64,000 nt of DNA from positions 12,421 to 76,420 of the IMG/VR virus record IMGVR_UViG_3300030419_007903. The stretch is one strand, 5' to 3'. The DNA comes from a virus. The notes beneath the pieces are model-generated. The model saw only the letters and a program-made list of their open reading frames with translations, made no database searches and was not told the origin of the DNA. Shown in pieces: positions 25,227 through 34,803 of the stretch (its first letter is position 1; each line of letters begins with the position of its first letter). A program made the translations under genes and the position numbers.

Positions 25227-26724
25227 CTCCTCCTCCGTTTTGTTCGATTTCTCCATCGGCTTGTAATGCTCCTGCTAGGTCTTGTTGATCGCCAATTTCT
25301 TCTGCATTAAAGGCGTTCATATTCAAATGAATTAAATTAGATTTAAGTGAATCGTCAGGCATTCTAACTGGTTCTGTAGCGCGTCGATAACTACGGCCCA
25401 AGTGCCGAGCTTTAACATTGATAAGTTTATGCGTACCAAAATTAGGCTCTTCGTCGATTTCATCTAAAGTTTTTTTGCGTAGAATGAACATATGTGAACA
25501 AAATTGAGTAATACGGTCCGAAAGAGAAACTATGCTCTCGTCGTCTACAACATTGTCTGCCCTTCTATTATTGACCACTCCTGAGCGGTTACTCTGAACA
25601 GAGGTAATCATAGGAATAATCGGCTCTCCATCTTTGAGAATCTCTTTTTGAATGGTACGTTTAAATTTATCTACCATTTCTCCTACTATTTGCCATTCAG
25701 ATTTATTGTGGCCTTGGGAGTCGGCCGCGGTCTTAATATAATCAAATGAAAATATCATAGGATTTCCTCTGCCCACCGTAGAATAATAGAAACGACGCAA
25801 AGCGGCAATCATCTTATCTACGGTATAGCCCCCTACATTAAAATAGTAAAGTTTTATTTTTTTATCTCGGATGTCTGTAAAAGTTTTTCTCACTTTATCC
25901 ACCGTCTCTTCTCCCATTTGCCTCCATTGCCCCGTTTCTAGGTAATGATGAGGCACTCCTGTATGCGCTGACGCTTGGCGAGTAATGATCTCTTCTTTGC
26001 TCATTTCTCCATTGTCAAAATGAAGAATAGGTATATCATGCATCGCAGAAACCTTAGAGCAGAAATCGAGACAGAAACGTGTCTTCCCGACGCCAGAACG
26101 GGCCACCACGACCGTTATATTACCGGGCCGCAGTAGAGACCCATAAAGTTCTTGAAGCCTTGGGTGAGGCCCAGAGAGCCCAAATTCCTCCACTGGATTA
26201 TTGCCACGCTCTTCAATGAATTCCTCAAGTTCATCGTAAATATTTACGGGCTTTTCGGGGCCGTTATCAAATAGGTTCATTTGGTTATTGAACGTCTCGT
26301 CCGCTAACTGAATAATTTCAGAAAACTCTGCTGAGGAAGGGATTTTTTTAACTTTGCGGGCAACATCTTGCGCGGCTTCGTATATTGAGCGCCGAATAGA
26401 AAATTTCTTAAGCTCTTTGGCTACTTGAAGAACTTGGCTTGCTGAAATAGCTCTAAGGGAAAGCGAATAAATATAATCGGTGATATTTATATCTTGAGGA
26501 AAACTGATGTTAAAAGATTGGATTCTCTGAGCTAAAACAACATGATCTACATTGTCACCTTGATCTAAACATTGTTTAAGTGCACAAAATATGGTTCTAT
26601 TAGTTTGATTATCGTCAGCATAGAAATCGCTTTCGTCAATGAAACTTTGTATTTCAGCATATTTTTCAGGATATTTAATCAATGCCCCTAATAGGTGCAT
26701 CTCTAAGTCAAGAGAATGAATCAT
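25195..26724 (-). CDS. dnaB: Replicative DNA helicase
   Basis: DnaB N-domain, ARSGVGKT, EM, DYIK, Q.NR, KARH. Confidence 0.92.
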   Translation of the reverse strand: MIHSLDLEMHLLGALIKYPEKYAEIQSFIDESDFYADDNQTNRTIFCALKQCLDQGDNVDHVVLAQRIQSFNISFPQDINITDYIYSLSLRAISASQVLQVAKELKKFSIRRSIYEAAQDVARKVKKIPSSAEFSEIIQLADETFNNQMNLFDNGPEKPVNIYDELEEFIEERGNNPVEEFGLSGPHPRLQELYGSLLRPGNITVVVARSGVGKTRFCLDFCSKVSAMHDIPILHFDNGEMSKEEIITRQASAHTGVPHHYLETGQWRQMGEETVDKVRKTFTDIRDKKIKLYYFNVGGYTVDKMIAALRRFYYSTVGRGNPMIFSFDYIKTAADSQGHNKSEWQIVGEMVDKFKRTIQKEILKDGEPIIPMITSVQSNRSGVVNNRRADNVVDDESIVSLSDRITQFCSHMFILRKKTLDEIDEEPNFGTHKLINVKARHLGRSYRRATEPVRMPDDSLKSNLIHLNMNAFNAEEIGDQQDLAGALQADGEIEQNGGGDDPVPHFGAN

Positions 26725-26733
26725 ACAGAAGAG

Positions 26734-26762
26734 AAACTAAAAGGTGAACAAAATTTTGTCAA
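26734..26762 (-). promoter_or_regulatory. Sigma70-type promoter
   Basis: TTGACA-17-TAGTTT, 9 nt before the dnaB ATG. Confidence 0.6.
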
Positions 26763-27028
26763 GCTAAATCGCTAGGATCAGGGTCACAACCCTCATCCAT
26801 CGCTGTCTTTTCCCCCAACTCCATATCTTGCAGGAACCTCTCAAGGGCTTTACGAAGCCCCATCTCAATAATTTGAGAACTGATTTTGCAATTAATCATA
26901 GGTTTGCCGTCACTATTAACGTAAGCTAAAATGAAGCCCCCATCATCACCATTGCCTGTAAATTCAAACATTTTCTCTAAAAAACTTTCTGGAATTGTAA
27001 AGGCTTTAAAATCTCCCTCTTCTGACAT
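26759..27028 (-). CDS. Hypothetical acidic protein
   Basis: 89 aa ORF preceded by the GTGTA motif. Confidence 0.75.
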   Translation of the reverse strand: MSEEGDFKAFTIPESFLEKMFEFTGNGDDGGFILAYVNSDGKPMINCKISSQIIEMGLRKALERFLQDMELGEKTAMDEGCDPDPSDLA

Positions 27029-27038
27029 CTCTATTGTA

Positions 27039-27050
27039 TATATTTTACAC
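27039..27050 (-). promoter_or_regulatory. GTGTA-N3-TATA phage promoter motif
   Basis: GTGTAAAATATA 10 nt before ATG 27028. Confidence 0.6.
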
Positions 27051-27058
27051 TTAAAACT

Positions 27059-27463
27059 TTAAAAATCTAACATTTTATCCAAGTCCTGCAAAGTATTCTC
27101 TCCATCAAAATATTCAAGCAAGACTATTTCATTTAGGTTGCAAAATTTTATTTTATCTTCATCTCTTTTTAACTGCTTTAAATAGTTTATCTTGCTGTTA
27201 GCATGCATAAAGGGAACAAATTTTGTATGCTGCCTTCCTTGGACTTCTATAACAATACCTTTAGTCGCATTATAAAAATCAAAAGTCATTCGGCTGCCCG
27301 CCAAAGGAAACTCTTCAAAAACTATATCGTGTGACCAATATTTTTTTAAATATTTTTTTACAGAGTTTTGAACCTTGCTTTTGCTACTTGATTCCCAATC
27401 AACAAGATATTTTCGTGCTGATTTAACTTTTCGGGTTGAGCCGAATAAAGTTTTAAACACCAT
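27059..27463 (-). CDS. Vsr/DUF559-like endonuclease
   Basis: FDFY...IEVQGRQH...RD..K..FC..N.I.L. Confidence 0.8.
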   Translation of the reverse strand: MVFKTLFGSTRKVKSARKYLVDWESSSKSKVQNSVKKYLKKYWSHDIVFEEFPLAGSRMTFDFYNATKGIVIEVQGRQHTKFVPFMHANSKINYLKQLKRDEDKIKFCNLNEIVLLEYFDGENTLQDLDKMLDF

Positions 27464-28598
27464 AACTAGATGTTAGCATTTTCTTAAAATAATTTAATAG
27501 AAAATCTTTAGTTTTTTCATTCTCATCTAAAAATTTAGAGAGTTGATTTTCCCCTTGAATCTTTTCAGGAAATTCTATCTCCTCTTCATGTAGCATAGCT
27601 AGAAAATCTTCATCGAATTCAATCCAACCAGCGCCCTTTTTAGTAGCTAAATCCCATAAAAACATCATGTCTAAAATTTCTTTTTCCACCCAAATGCTGC
27701 GACCTCCACTGCGCCCATAAATAATTGGATATTGAATAATGCAATTAGTTTTTTCATTCGGACTTTTCTTTACTGTAATTTTAGCATAACGGCCAATAAT
27801 CTTATTCTTTTCTTGGTCGTATTTTTCGTTGGGCTTTTGGAGTATTTGATCAGTCTTAAACACCGGTTCAAACTCTAAAATAAAATTAGCAAAATGCAAT
27901 AGAGCGTTACCGCCTGTGGCAGAGGTTTGACGGACAGGAGCTTTGCTGTAAGGATCTAGTTTTATGTCGGCCCTAACCTGACTGATAAAAATAGCCATAT
28001 GCCCTCTCTTGGCTAAAGCAATACTTACACGCTTCATAAAGTCCGAAGCGATTACAGCTCCTCCTGCAACTTTTTTAGAGTCAATAAAAGGCTTGTCCAT
28101 ATCTCCTTTAGCAATAAGTCCGTCTACTGAATCCAAAATAAAACAATACTTAGTGTCTCCTTCATTTTTTCCTACCAGCATTCTTAATGCTTCCACAACA
28201 GTTTCGTAAATGTTGCACTCGAACACAAAACAATTTCCATCTTCCCATTGTTCAGAGTCAAAAACAAAATCCACTCCAGAACGGCTCCGCATTTCTTTAC
28301 TTAAACGCCCTTCTGCCTTAATGTAAAACCCTCTTCCATTGGGAACATTTTTTAAAAAATTCTTCATGACCTCGAGAGCTTCCGATGTTTTACCTCCTTC
28401 ATTTATTCCGGTGAACCTATGGAGTCCCGGACCAAACCCTCCTCCTAATTCGTAGTCAACTACAAGGCTTCCGCTTGAAACCTTATAGTCGTGCTCGTCT
28501 TCATAGTTATAGTGGTCTTTTTCGTTATTCTTAAGAAAAGAACCTATTAACTCATTGGGAGTTAATTCCTTACTTGTCGTCTTCTTTGTTCTAGCCAT
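27453..28598 (-). CDS. recA: RecA/UvsX-like recombinase
   Basis: SSGSL..D..LGGG, GINEGGKT, ILDSV, FISQVR, TGGNAL.H. Confidence 0.9.
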   Translation of the reverse strand: MARTKKTTSKELTPNELIGSFLKNNEKDHYNYEDEHDYKVSSGSLVVDYELGGGFGPGLHRFTGINEGGKTSEALEVMKNFLKNVPNGRGFYIKAEGRLSKEMRSRSGVDFVFDSEQWEDGNCFVFECNIYETVVEALRMLVGKNEGDTKYCFILDSVDGLIAKGDMDKPFIDSKKVAGGAVIASDFMKRVSIALAKRGHMAIFISQVRADIKLDPYSKAPVRQTSATGGNALLHFANFILEFEPVFKTDQILQKPNEKYDQEKNKIIGRYAKITVKKSPNEKTNCIIQYPIIYGRSGGRSIWVEKEILDMMFLWDLATKKGAGWIEFDEDFLAMLHEEEIEFPEKIQGENQLSKFLDENEKTKDFLLNYFKKMLTSSYGV

Positions 28599-29079
28599 TT
28601 AAAAAATCTTTAATACTTCTTGGTTTGCGCTTGATTATAACGTCTTCGCCCGACTTTTCTTGTGAAAGTTCAACTTTATTGTCTTCTTTAACTTTATAAT
28701 TTGACTGTTGGTATTTTTTTATAAGCTCATCCTTAAAAGGGTAATTAAAAAATTGAGCAAAACTAAATAGTTTCTGCTCCTTCATGAATGAAGATGAGGC
28801 TCCAGTTTTTACCTTGATGAAAATAGATTTAAAATTTACTTTCAACCAAAAATCTTCGTCGGGATATTCATCAATAAGTCTTTTTAGTAAGAAGCTTTCT
28901 TTTTGCCAAAAGCGCCGTAGATTAGTTTTAGGAATATGCAAATGCTTGCGTACAATTTCACGGCGAAGAGCTAAAATAGACTTTGGTTTCTCCGTATAAG
29001 CAAATAAAGTTCCTAATTTAGATAAAAAAGCTCGGCGATACGTTTTTCTCTTATCAAAAGTTAAGCTATCTAATTTCAC
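28591..29079 (-). CDS. Hypothetical basic protein
   Basis: The track's TTG start at 29115 is a TTGACA box, so GTG 29079 is the likelier start. Confidence 0.65.
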   Translation of the reverse strand: MKLDSLTFDKRKTYRRAFLSKLGTLFAYTEKPKSILALRREIVRKHLHIPKTNLRRFWQKESFLLKRLIDEYPDEDFWLKVNFKSIFIKVKTGASSSFMKEQKLFSFAQFFNYPFKDELIKKYQQSNYKVKEDNKVELSQEKSGEDVIIKRKPRSIKDFLNG

Positions 29080-29116
29080 AAGCACCAGCTTGTGCTTTGA
29101 AACAGTGAATGTCAAG

Positions 29117-29144
29117 AAAAAAAGAGGACCTTAGGCCCTCTTTT
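29117..29144 (-). terminator. Intrinsic terminator
   Basis: AAAAGAGGGCC-TAA-GGTCCTCTTTTTTT on the minus strand. Confidence 0.8.
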
Positions 29145-29167
29145 AGTCGTTTTTTTTTAGGTAGTTT

Positions 29168-30232
29168 TTAACGCAAACCTTCTGCGCGTTGTTCGGCTGA
29201 TCTCAGTTGCGGATTTTTTAATCTGTCTTTCTTCATTTGCTCCTGTATCTTGTCATCGATCTCGTAACCTTCGTAATTGATAGGTCGAGTATCTTGGAAG
29301 ACTGTACCCACATCTTTGCGATCAACGTACTTGTCGGGGAAAACAGCAATCTGAGTGGCATCAGCTAGGTCAAACTCCTTTTTAATCGTATTGGGCAATG
29401 CCGCGACAAATTTTGCCCCTTTCTTTTTCACGAAGGTAACTAGCTTTCTTTTAAACTCATCATAGGACATGTTCCCGGACATCCTACCAAAATTAGAAAC
29501 TGCATCTGGAACATCTGCAGGGGTGACAATCGGGAAACTACGGTTTCCCGGGAAAAGAAAATCACTATCTTTTAAATTAGATCTTTTCTTACCTCCAAAA
29601 AACTTCTGTGCCGCCTCCTCAATGTCAACTTCTAAAACATTATCATCCTTAACTTGCATTGTGACGCTCTCTCTGGCAGCATTGGCCAACCGAGATTTGT
29701 CAAATGTTTCATCATACTTCAAATCTTTAATCATAATACCTTTCTTTTCAGATGGCTTGCCTTTTTGAAGCTTTTTGATTTTAGATTGGTCGTCTTTAAT
29801 AGCGTCTTTTTCGTGCTCTTTTTGTTGTTTCGGGGTATCGCGCTTAAGCTCTTTTGTGTCTATTTTCTCCCACTCTTTTTTAGTCTTGGCCGCCTTAGAC
29901 TCCTCTTTTTTTTCTGATTTAGTATCGGAATCTTTCTTATCCCCGTCTTTTTTCTTACGAATCATTTCTAAGAATTTTTCTCTAGCAGCTTTTTGCTTGC
30001 CGCTAGCAGCATCAGATTCACTTTTAACATCTTTGACATCTTCTTTTTCATCCTTCTTAAGGCTTTCAATCTCTTTTTTGAGGTTCTTCACTGCATCCTC
30101 GTGATGCTTTAGGCGCTCTTTAAGCGTTTCGCTATCCAGCTCTCCCTTATCTTGGCGATATTCTTCTCTTTCTAAGCGCTCTTGCTTAGTTTTATCACTT
30201 GCTTCAGATTTATTTAATTTTTGCAGACTCAT
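29168..30232 (-). CDS. Highly charged Lys/Glu/Asp-rich protein with DUF6582-like domain
   Basis: Low-complexity N-half; RSNLKDSDF..P..RSFPI...DV.DA...FGR domain. Confidence 0.75.
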   Translation of the reverse strand: MSLQKLNKSEASDKTKQERLEREEYRQDKGELDSETLKERLKHHEDAVKNLKKEIESLKKDEKEDVKDVKSESDAASGKQKAAREKFLEMIRKKKDGDKKDSDTKSEKKEESKAAKTKKEWEKIDTKELKRDTPKQQKEHEKDAIKDDQSKIKKLQKGKPSEKKGIMIKDLKYDETFDKSRLANAARESVTMQVKDDNVLEVDIEEAAQKFFGGKKRSNLKDSDFLFPGNRSFPIVTPADVPDAVSNFGRMSGNMSYDEFKRKLVTFVKKKGAKFVAALPNTIKKEFDLADATQIAVFPDKYVDRKDVGTVFQDTRPINYEGYEIDDKIQEQMKKDRLKNPQLRSAEQRAEGLR

Positions 30233-30323
30233 TTGTTTTTTCTTTTAAAGGTTTGACTTTAGGTTTGCATTCGTCTTTCTTCTTAATTATATAATAAATT
30301 TTAGATTTAGGACAAAATTTCAT
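30210..30323 (-). CDS. 37-aa Lys-rich micropeptide
   Basis: Own translation MKFCPKSKIYYIIKKKDECKPKVKPLKEKTNESAKIK; directly follows a GTGTA motif. Confidence 0.45.
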   Translation of the reverse strand: MKFCPKSKIYYIIKKKDECKPKVKPLKEKTNESAKIK

Positions 30324-30329
30324 ACTCAA

Positions 30330-30341
30330 TATACTTTACAC
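30330..30341 (-). promoter_or_regulatory. GTGTA-N3-TATA phage promoter motif
   Basis: GTGTAAAGTATA, identical to the copy upstream of nrdA. Confidence 0.65.
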
Positions 30342-30371
30342 CAACTTAAGCGCGCGTAGAAATTAAAAAAA

Positions 30372-31565
30372 TTAATAAAATCTAATAGTTCCTGAGGTCT
30401 TAGGGGCGATAGAGTAGTCATAAAATATAGGCCTTTTGGGCTTTTCTTTTGTAGGGGATGCTTCAGCTCCTAAAAGCTCACTTAATTCAGCTTTCAACTC
30501 CTTGTTATGGCTTGGATAAGCAGGTAAATGAACTTCAAAATTATCCAAAGTTAAGTCAAGCTCAATAGGAAGAAGCAGTCTTCCCCACTCTTTCATTTTT
30601 TCCACATTATTATGGTCTTTGTAAAGCAAATAAAGATCCCATAAAGGTTCTGCACGGTGTGGGGCAATTAAATGAGCAGATGTGAGGTCTTCGATTCGCC
30701 TTTCTTCATCGTCAACTCTATTTTGTAGAAAGGAACGATAATAGAAATGAGACCACTCAGGGCCGAAATGTTTTATTAATTGATCATAGTAGTAAATACC
30801 TCTTCTAATAAAATGATCGACCGTTTCTTTTCCGTAAGGAAAGTACTGAAAACACCAGCTTTCATGAACTCCGTAACCTGTGAAGACAAAAGATTTGCAA
30901 AGATAAACTAAATGATAAAATTCATCTTGAATCGTAGAGCCTTGGGCTAATCTTTCATGTAATTGAACTTCTAGCTTATAAACATCTTTTAAAAATTTCA
31001 AGGGATCTTCATAGCTGTTTCCTTTTTTTTCTAGAGAAAATTGATGAAAAGAAAACGGAAGGCATTTTTGGGAAAGGGGAGTTCCATCTTGACAGTGAAT
31101 TGTCTCATGTGCTTCGTCGTCTTGCCAATAAAATTCTTTATTAAAATTCCAAAGCCATGTCCGAGGAGTAAGGTAGTCACCGCTTCTATAAATTACATTA
31201 TGGGAAACAGCATCGTTAATTAAAGCCCAATCAAAATCTTCGTCTACTATAAGGGCTTCATCTGCGTCTTGTCTTAATATATAGTCACAGCCATGATCGG
31301 TGTCACATAAAAAATTCCAAGAGTGTTGCCGGTTAATTCCATGCCCTTTCCATCCTATTTCACTTTGATATAATTTGCCCGGAATACCTTCTCTTTGAAA
31401 AAAATCTTCAATTATCTTTTGGGTTCCATCTGTGGAGCCATTATCTACTAGCACCCAATAATCAATATAATCTACAACAGAGCTTAACATCTCTTCTATA
31501 ATTGGAGCCTCGTTTTGAACGTGAGTCCAGAGACATATTTTCACTTGATTCTGTTTTCTAGCCAT
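30372..31565 (-). CDS. GT2 glycosyltransferase with C-terminal TPR-like region
   Basis: VQNEA, VDNGSTDGT, DADE, HET, P.RAEP. Confidence 0.85.
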   Translation of the reverse strand: MARKQNQVKICLWTHVQNEAPIIEEMLSSVVDYIDYWVLVDNGSTDGTQKIIEDFFQREGIPGKLYQSEIGWKGHGINRQHSWNFLCDTDHGCDYILRQDADEALIVDEDFDWALINDAVSHNVIYRSGDYLTPRTWLWNFNKEFYWQDDEAHETIHCQDGTPLSQKCLPFSFHQFSLEKKGNSYEDPLKFLKDVYKLEVQLHERLAQGSTIQDEFYHLVYLCKSFVFTGYGVHESWCFQYFPYGKETVDHFIRRGIYYYDQLIKHFGPEWSHFYYRSFLQNRVDDEERRIEDLTSAHLIAPHRAEPLWDLYLLYKDHNNVEKMKEWGRLLLPIELDLTLDNFEVHLPAYPSHNKELKAELSELLGAEASPTKEKPKRPIFYDYSIAPKTSGTIRFY

Positions 31566-32547
31566 TTATTTTTCCTACTTTAGATAGAACTTGCCCTATA
31601 GCCGCATCCATGTCAAGATATTTATAAGTAGCTAACCTTCCTAAAAATAAAACTCTTGATTGGTGTTTAGCGAGCTGGGCGTATTGTTTATATGCGTGAC
31701 GATCTGCTTCAAAGTTTTTGGGATAAAAAGGTATATTTTCCTCGGTATGTTCGCAAGGAAGCTCTGTGGTCAGTATTGTTTCTCCGTTACCTAGCACGAC
31801 ATTGTTTATATAAGAATAATCAACTGTCCGAGTATGTTCAACTTTTTTATTGCACTCATTAATTTGAAAGCATCCTTGGCGAGGACCTCTTTTAAAGTCT
31901 ATTTTAAGCGAACGATAACCTAAGGAACCTCTAAAATATTGAAAATAAGCATCTAATTTTCCAGTATAAACTAATAAATCAGTATTATATTTTCTCCAGC
32001 TATCCTTATCTGCATTTAAATGAACCGGAATGCCTTCTAGCATAGAGTTAATAATTTCAGTATAGCCATGAGTAGGCATGCCGGTATATGTGTCGTTGTG
32101 GTAGCAGGGGTTAGTGGAATTTCTTATTTTAGGGACTCGATTTTTAATAGTGTTCGGAAGCTCGTCCCAAGGTAAGCCCCACATTTTTTCACTATAATCC
32201 TTGAAGACTAAATCAATAATCTCCTCTTCGCTTTTGGAGCCTACAATATTTGCTGACTCTATATTAAAGGGCAAAGGAATGAGGCCTTCGTTTGTGTTAG
32301 CCTTGACGACATGACAATATGGAATAAACTCTCCAAATTGATTGATAAAATCCCATATTTTTTTATTATTTGTATGAAAAGAGTGAGGTCCATATTTATG
32401 AACTGTCATTTTCTCTTCCGTGTAATCAAAACAATTTCCCGCAATATGATCTCTAGATTCAAAAACCTCTACATCAAAGCCTTTATTTTTTAAGAGGAAT
32501 GCTGCCGTGGCTCCCGATAAACCTGCCCCTACAATTAGGGCTTTCAT
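31558..32547 (-). CDS. glf: UDP-galactopyranose mutase
   Basis: VGAGLSG, HIAGNC, HKYGPH.FHT, PFYP, GRLATYKYLDMD. Confidence 0.93.
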   Translation of the reverse strand: MKALIVGAGLSGATAAFLLKNKGFDVEVFESRDHIAGNCFDYTEEKMTVHKYGPHSFHTNNKKIWDFINQFGEFIPYCHVVKANTNEGLIPLPFNIESANIVGSKSEEEIIDLVFKDYSEKMWGLPWDELPNTIKNRVPKIRNSTNPCYHNDTYTGMPTHGYTEIINSMLEGIPVHLNADKDSWRKYNTDLLVYTGKLDAYFQYFRGSLGYRSLKIDFKRGPRQGCFQINECNKKVEHTRTVDYSYINNVVLGNGETILTTELPCEHTEENIPFYPKNFEADRHAYKQYAQLAKHQSRVLFLGRLATYKYLDMDAAIGQVLSKVGKING

Positions 32548-33176
32548 GGTACATCTAAAAAATTATAGTAAGCAAATTTATTTTTTAAAAACAAAAAATT
32601 AGGATGTTTATTATAAAGCTCTTCAGCGAACATCCCATCAGCCTCGTAGTAGCTTTCCTGAAAGCGTTGTTTTTTTATAAAAGATATGTTATATATTAAT
32701 TGAGCTGTATCGACATGATAAGTTTTCATATTAAACGCCTCTGCCAATAATGGGATAGAGCCGTTAAAGCGCAAAGATCCATTTGAGGTTTTCTGGCTTA
32801 GGCAAGCCGCAGCATATTTTTCGTCCAACAAATTTTCTATGCCGCAAAAATCAGATGAAATAATATTATCATCATCATTAAAATATATCCATTGAGCTTC
32901 AGGTAAAATATTATCTAGCATATAATTCCTATGGCCATGCCCCACGGCTCCATCCGATTGATTTCGGTGGAAATATATACCTCGAGAAAATAAAGATTTT
33001 ATTTTTATTTTAAGATAGTCAATAAAAAAAATATTAGAAGATTTTTGAAATAATTTTTCATCAAAAATAATATGCCATCTACAATTCTCATTAAAATTTT
33101 TCTCTATTGAGGCCGCTATTTTAAAAAGATTATATGGTCGCGAGCACGGAGTTACAATGTCTATTGTATTTTTCAT
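32544..33176 (-). CDS. GT2-like glycosyltransferase
   Basis: IVTPCSR, RN, YFNDDDN, DTAQ, ADG. Confidence 0.75.
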   Translation of the reverse strand: MKNTIDIVTPCSRPYNLFKIAASIEKNFNENCRWHIIFDEKLFQKSSNIFFIDYLKIKIKSLFSRGIYFHRNQSDGAVGHGHRNYMLDNILPEAQWIYFNDDDNIISSDFCGIENLLDEKYAAACLSQKTSNGSLRFNGSIPLLAEAFNMKTYHVDTAQLIYNISFIKKQRFQESYYEADGMFAEELYNKHPNFLFLKNKFAYYNFLDVP

Positions 33177-33790
33177 TTCCACGGAGGACCACTAATCCAT
33201 GAAACTATCGAATAGCGATTCCCGGACTCTAAAGGAGTTACCTCATGTTGCAAAATAGATGGGAAAAAAATGACAGTTCCTTGGGTTTTATCGGGATATA
33301 AAAGTTCTCCTCCCGGATTTATAACTAAATCTCCTCCTGTATAATCTTTAGGGTTACTTAATTGCAATACGACGCTTAATTTTCTGTGGTAATTCCAAGG
33401 GCCAATATCCACATGATAACCATATTTAGCCCCTTTTCCTTCGTATTCGGTGAACTGTAAGTGCTCAGTAAATCCGCAGATGTCTAACTTGTAAGTCTCG
33501 TTAGCTTCAATCGATAAATCTCTTATCCTTTCATAAATCCAACTAGTGCTTTCATTAGGGGGAATCCAACGTATAGTGCTTTTACGGTACTCATTACCAT
33601 CTCCTGCAAAAGTAGTTCCTCCTTGTTTCTCGTACTCTTGAGCTAAGCTTATAATATTTTTGCATTCATCAGAAGAAAATGCCTCTTGAAACCAATAATA
33701 ATTTAAAAGCTGAGGCCCTCCATCTTTAGTACGGGTTCCGAAAAACGGCAAGTCTCCTGACGCATGAGCTACTCTATCGGCGGATATCAT
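33173..33790 (-). CDS. 2OG-Fe(II) oxygenase (prolyl-hydroxylase/PKHD type)
   Basis: HVD, RKLS, YTGGDL, FPS..QH.V, R.SIVSW. Confidence 0.9.
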   Translation of the reverse strand: MISADRVAHASGDLPFFGTRTKDGGPQLLNYYWFQEAFSSDECKNIISLAQEYEKQGGTTFAGDGNEYRKSTIRWIPPNESTSWIYERIRDLSIEANETYKLDICGFTEHLQFTEYEGKGAKYGYHVDIGPWNYHRKLSVVLQLSNPKDYTGGDLVINPGGELLYPDKTQGTVIFFPSILQHEVTPLESGNRYSIVSWISGPPWK

Positions 33791-33798
33791 GTTTTATA

Positions 33799-34800
33799 TT
33801 AAAAATCATCATCTAACATTCCAGCATTTTGATAATTCTTTTCTCGGCGCTCAAAAAATGCAGCTATACCGGTTGCGTCTTGGGCTTCTCCCAGCCATGG
33901 GAAAGGGTTTTGCGCGCCCTCGTACATTTCAGGAAGACCTATGGAGGATACCCGAGTATTGGCTAAATATTTTATATAATCCATCAGCATATCAGCGGTA
34001 ACGCCCAATATACCATTCGGCAAGATTTCTTTAGCATACTCTATCTCTATTTTAACTCCTTCTTTAATAATATCAAGGAGTTCTTCTTGGAGCGATTTGG
34101 TCCACAAGGAAGGGTAATCATCTTTAATTTTATTAATAACATTAATGCCGAATTCTACATGGATTGATTCATCTCTTATGGTATAATTGATTTGATCGTA
34201 CAATCCGGTTAATTTATTTTGCCGTCCTAGTGACATAATAAGTGCAAAATTACTGAAAAACCATGTACCCTCCATTATCAAATAAAAAGTCACCATATTC
34301 TTAAGAAAAGATTGTTTGCCTTCTTTTGTTTCTATATCAAAATCTTTATCGAATTTTTGAAGACGCTTGGCAACAAATTGATTTTTATTCTTGATAGTTT
34401 TAATGTTTTTATAAGCTTCAGCTACTTCGTCTACATTCAGATTGTAAGCCTCGCAACAAACCGCTACCGTCCAATTATGTAAACTTTCTTCAAAATTTTT
34501 GCGTAACAAATACTGGCGGCATGCACCATCTGTAATATACCTATATTCTACTGTATCAATAGAATTAGAAACCATAGATTCTCCCATGGCAAAGAGCCCG
34601 AGAGTTCTTTTCACAAGAAGCTTCTCGTCATCTGTGATAAAGCCATTGTTTTTCCATTGTTTTATATCGTTGGACATATCAACTTCTTGAGGCATCCAAT
34701 GATTAGCACAGCCTTTCCTCCATAAATCAATCGCCCATGTATTAGGGGACTGTATTAGCTGGCTGACTCCAGCCTTGTTTGCGTCTAAAATTTTACTCAT
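33799..34800 (-). CDS. nrdB: Ribonucleotide reductase beta subunit with class Ic (R2c)-type residues
   Basis: W.P.E, GESMV, EESLH, EGTWF, RDESIH, FFERR..Y. Confidence 0.93.
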   Translation of the reverse strand: MSKILDANKAGVSQLIQSPNTWAIDLWRKGCANHWMPQEVDMSNDIKQWKNNGFITDDEKLLVKRTLGLFAMGESMVSNSIDTVEYRYITDGACRQYLLRKNFEESLHNWTVAVCCEAYNLNVDEVAEAYKNIKTIKNKNQFVAKRLQKFDKDFDIETKEGKQSFLKNMVTFYLIMEGTWFFSNFALIMSLGRQNKLTGLYDQINYTIRDESIHVEFGINVINKIKDDYPSLWTKSLQEELLDIIKEGVKIEIEYAKEILPNGILGVTADMLMDYIKYLANTRVSSIGLPEMYEGAQNPFPWLGEAQDATGIAAFFERREKNYQNAGMLDDDF

Positions 34801-34803
34801 AAA

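Noticed and set aside
33173-33790. 2OG oxygenase as a collagen prolyl hydroxylase or TET-like DNA oxidase
   Set aside because: This is a common phage family; the visible collagen has Pro mostly in the X rather than Y position, and no TET/JBP-specific features were recognised
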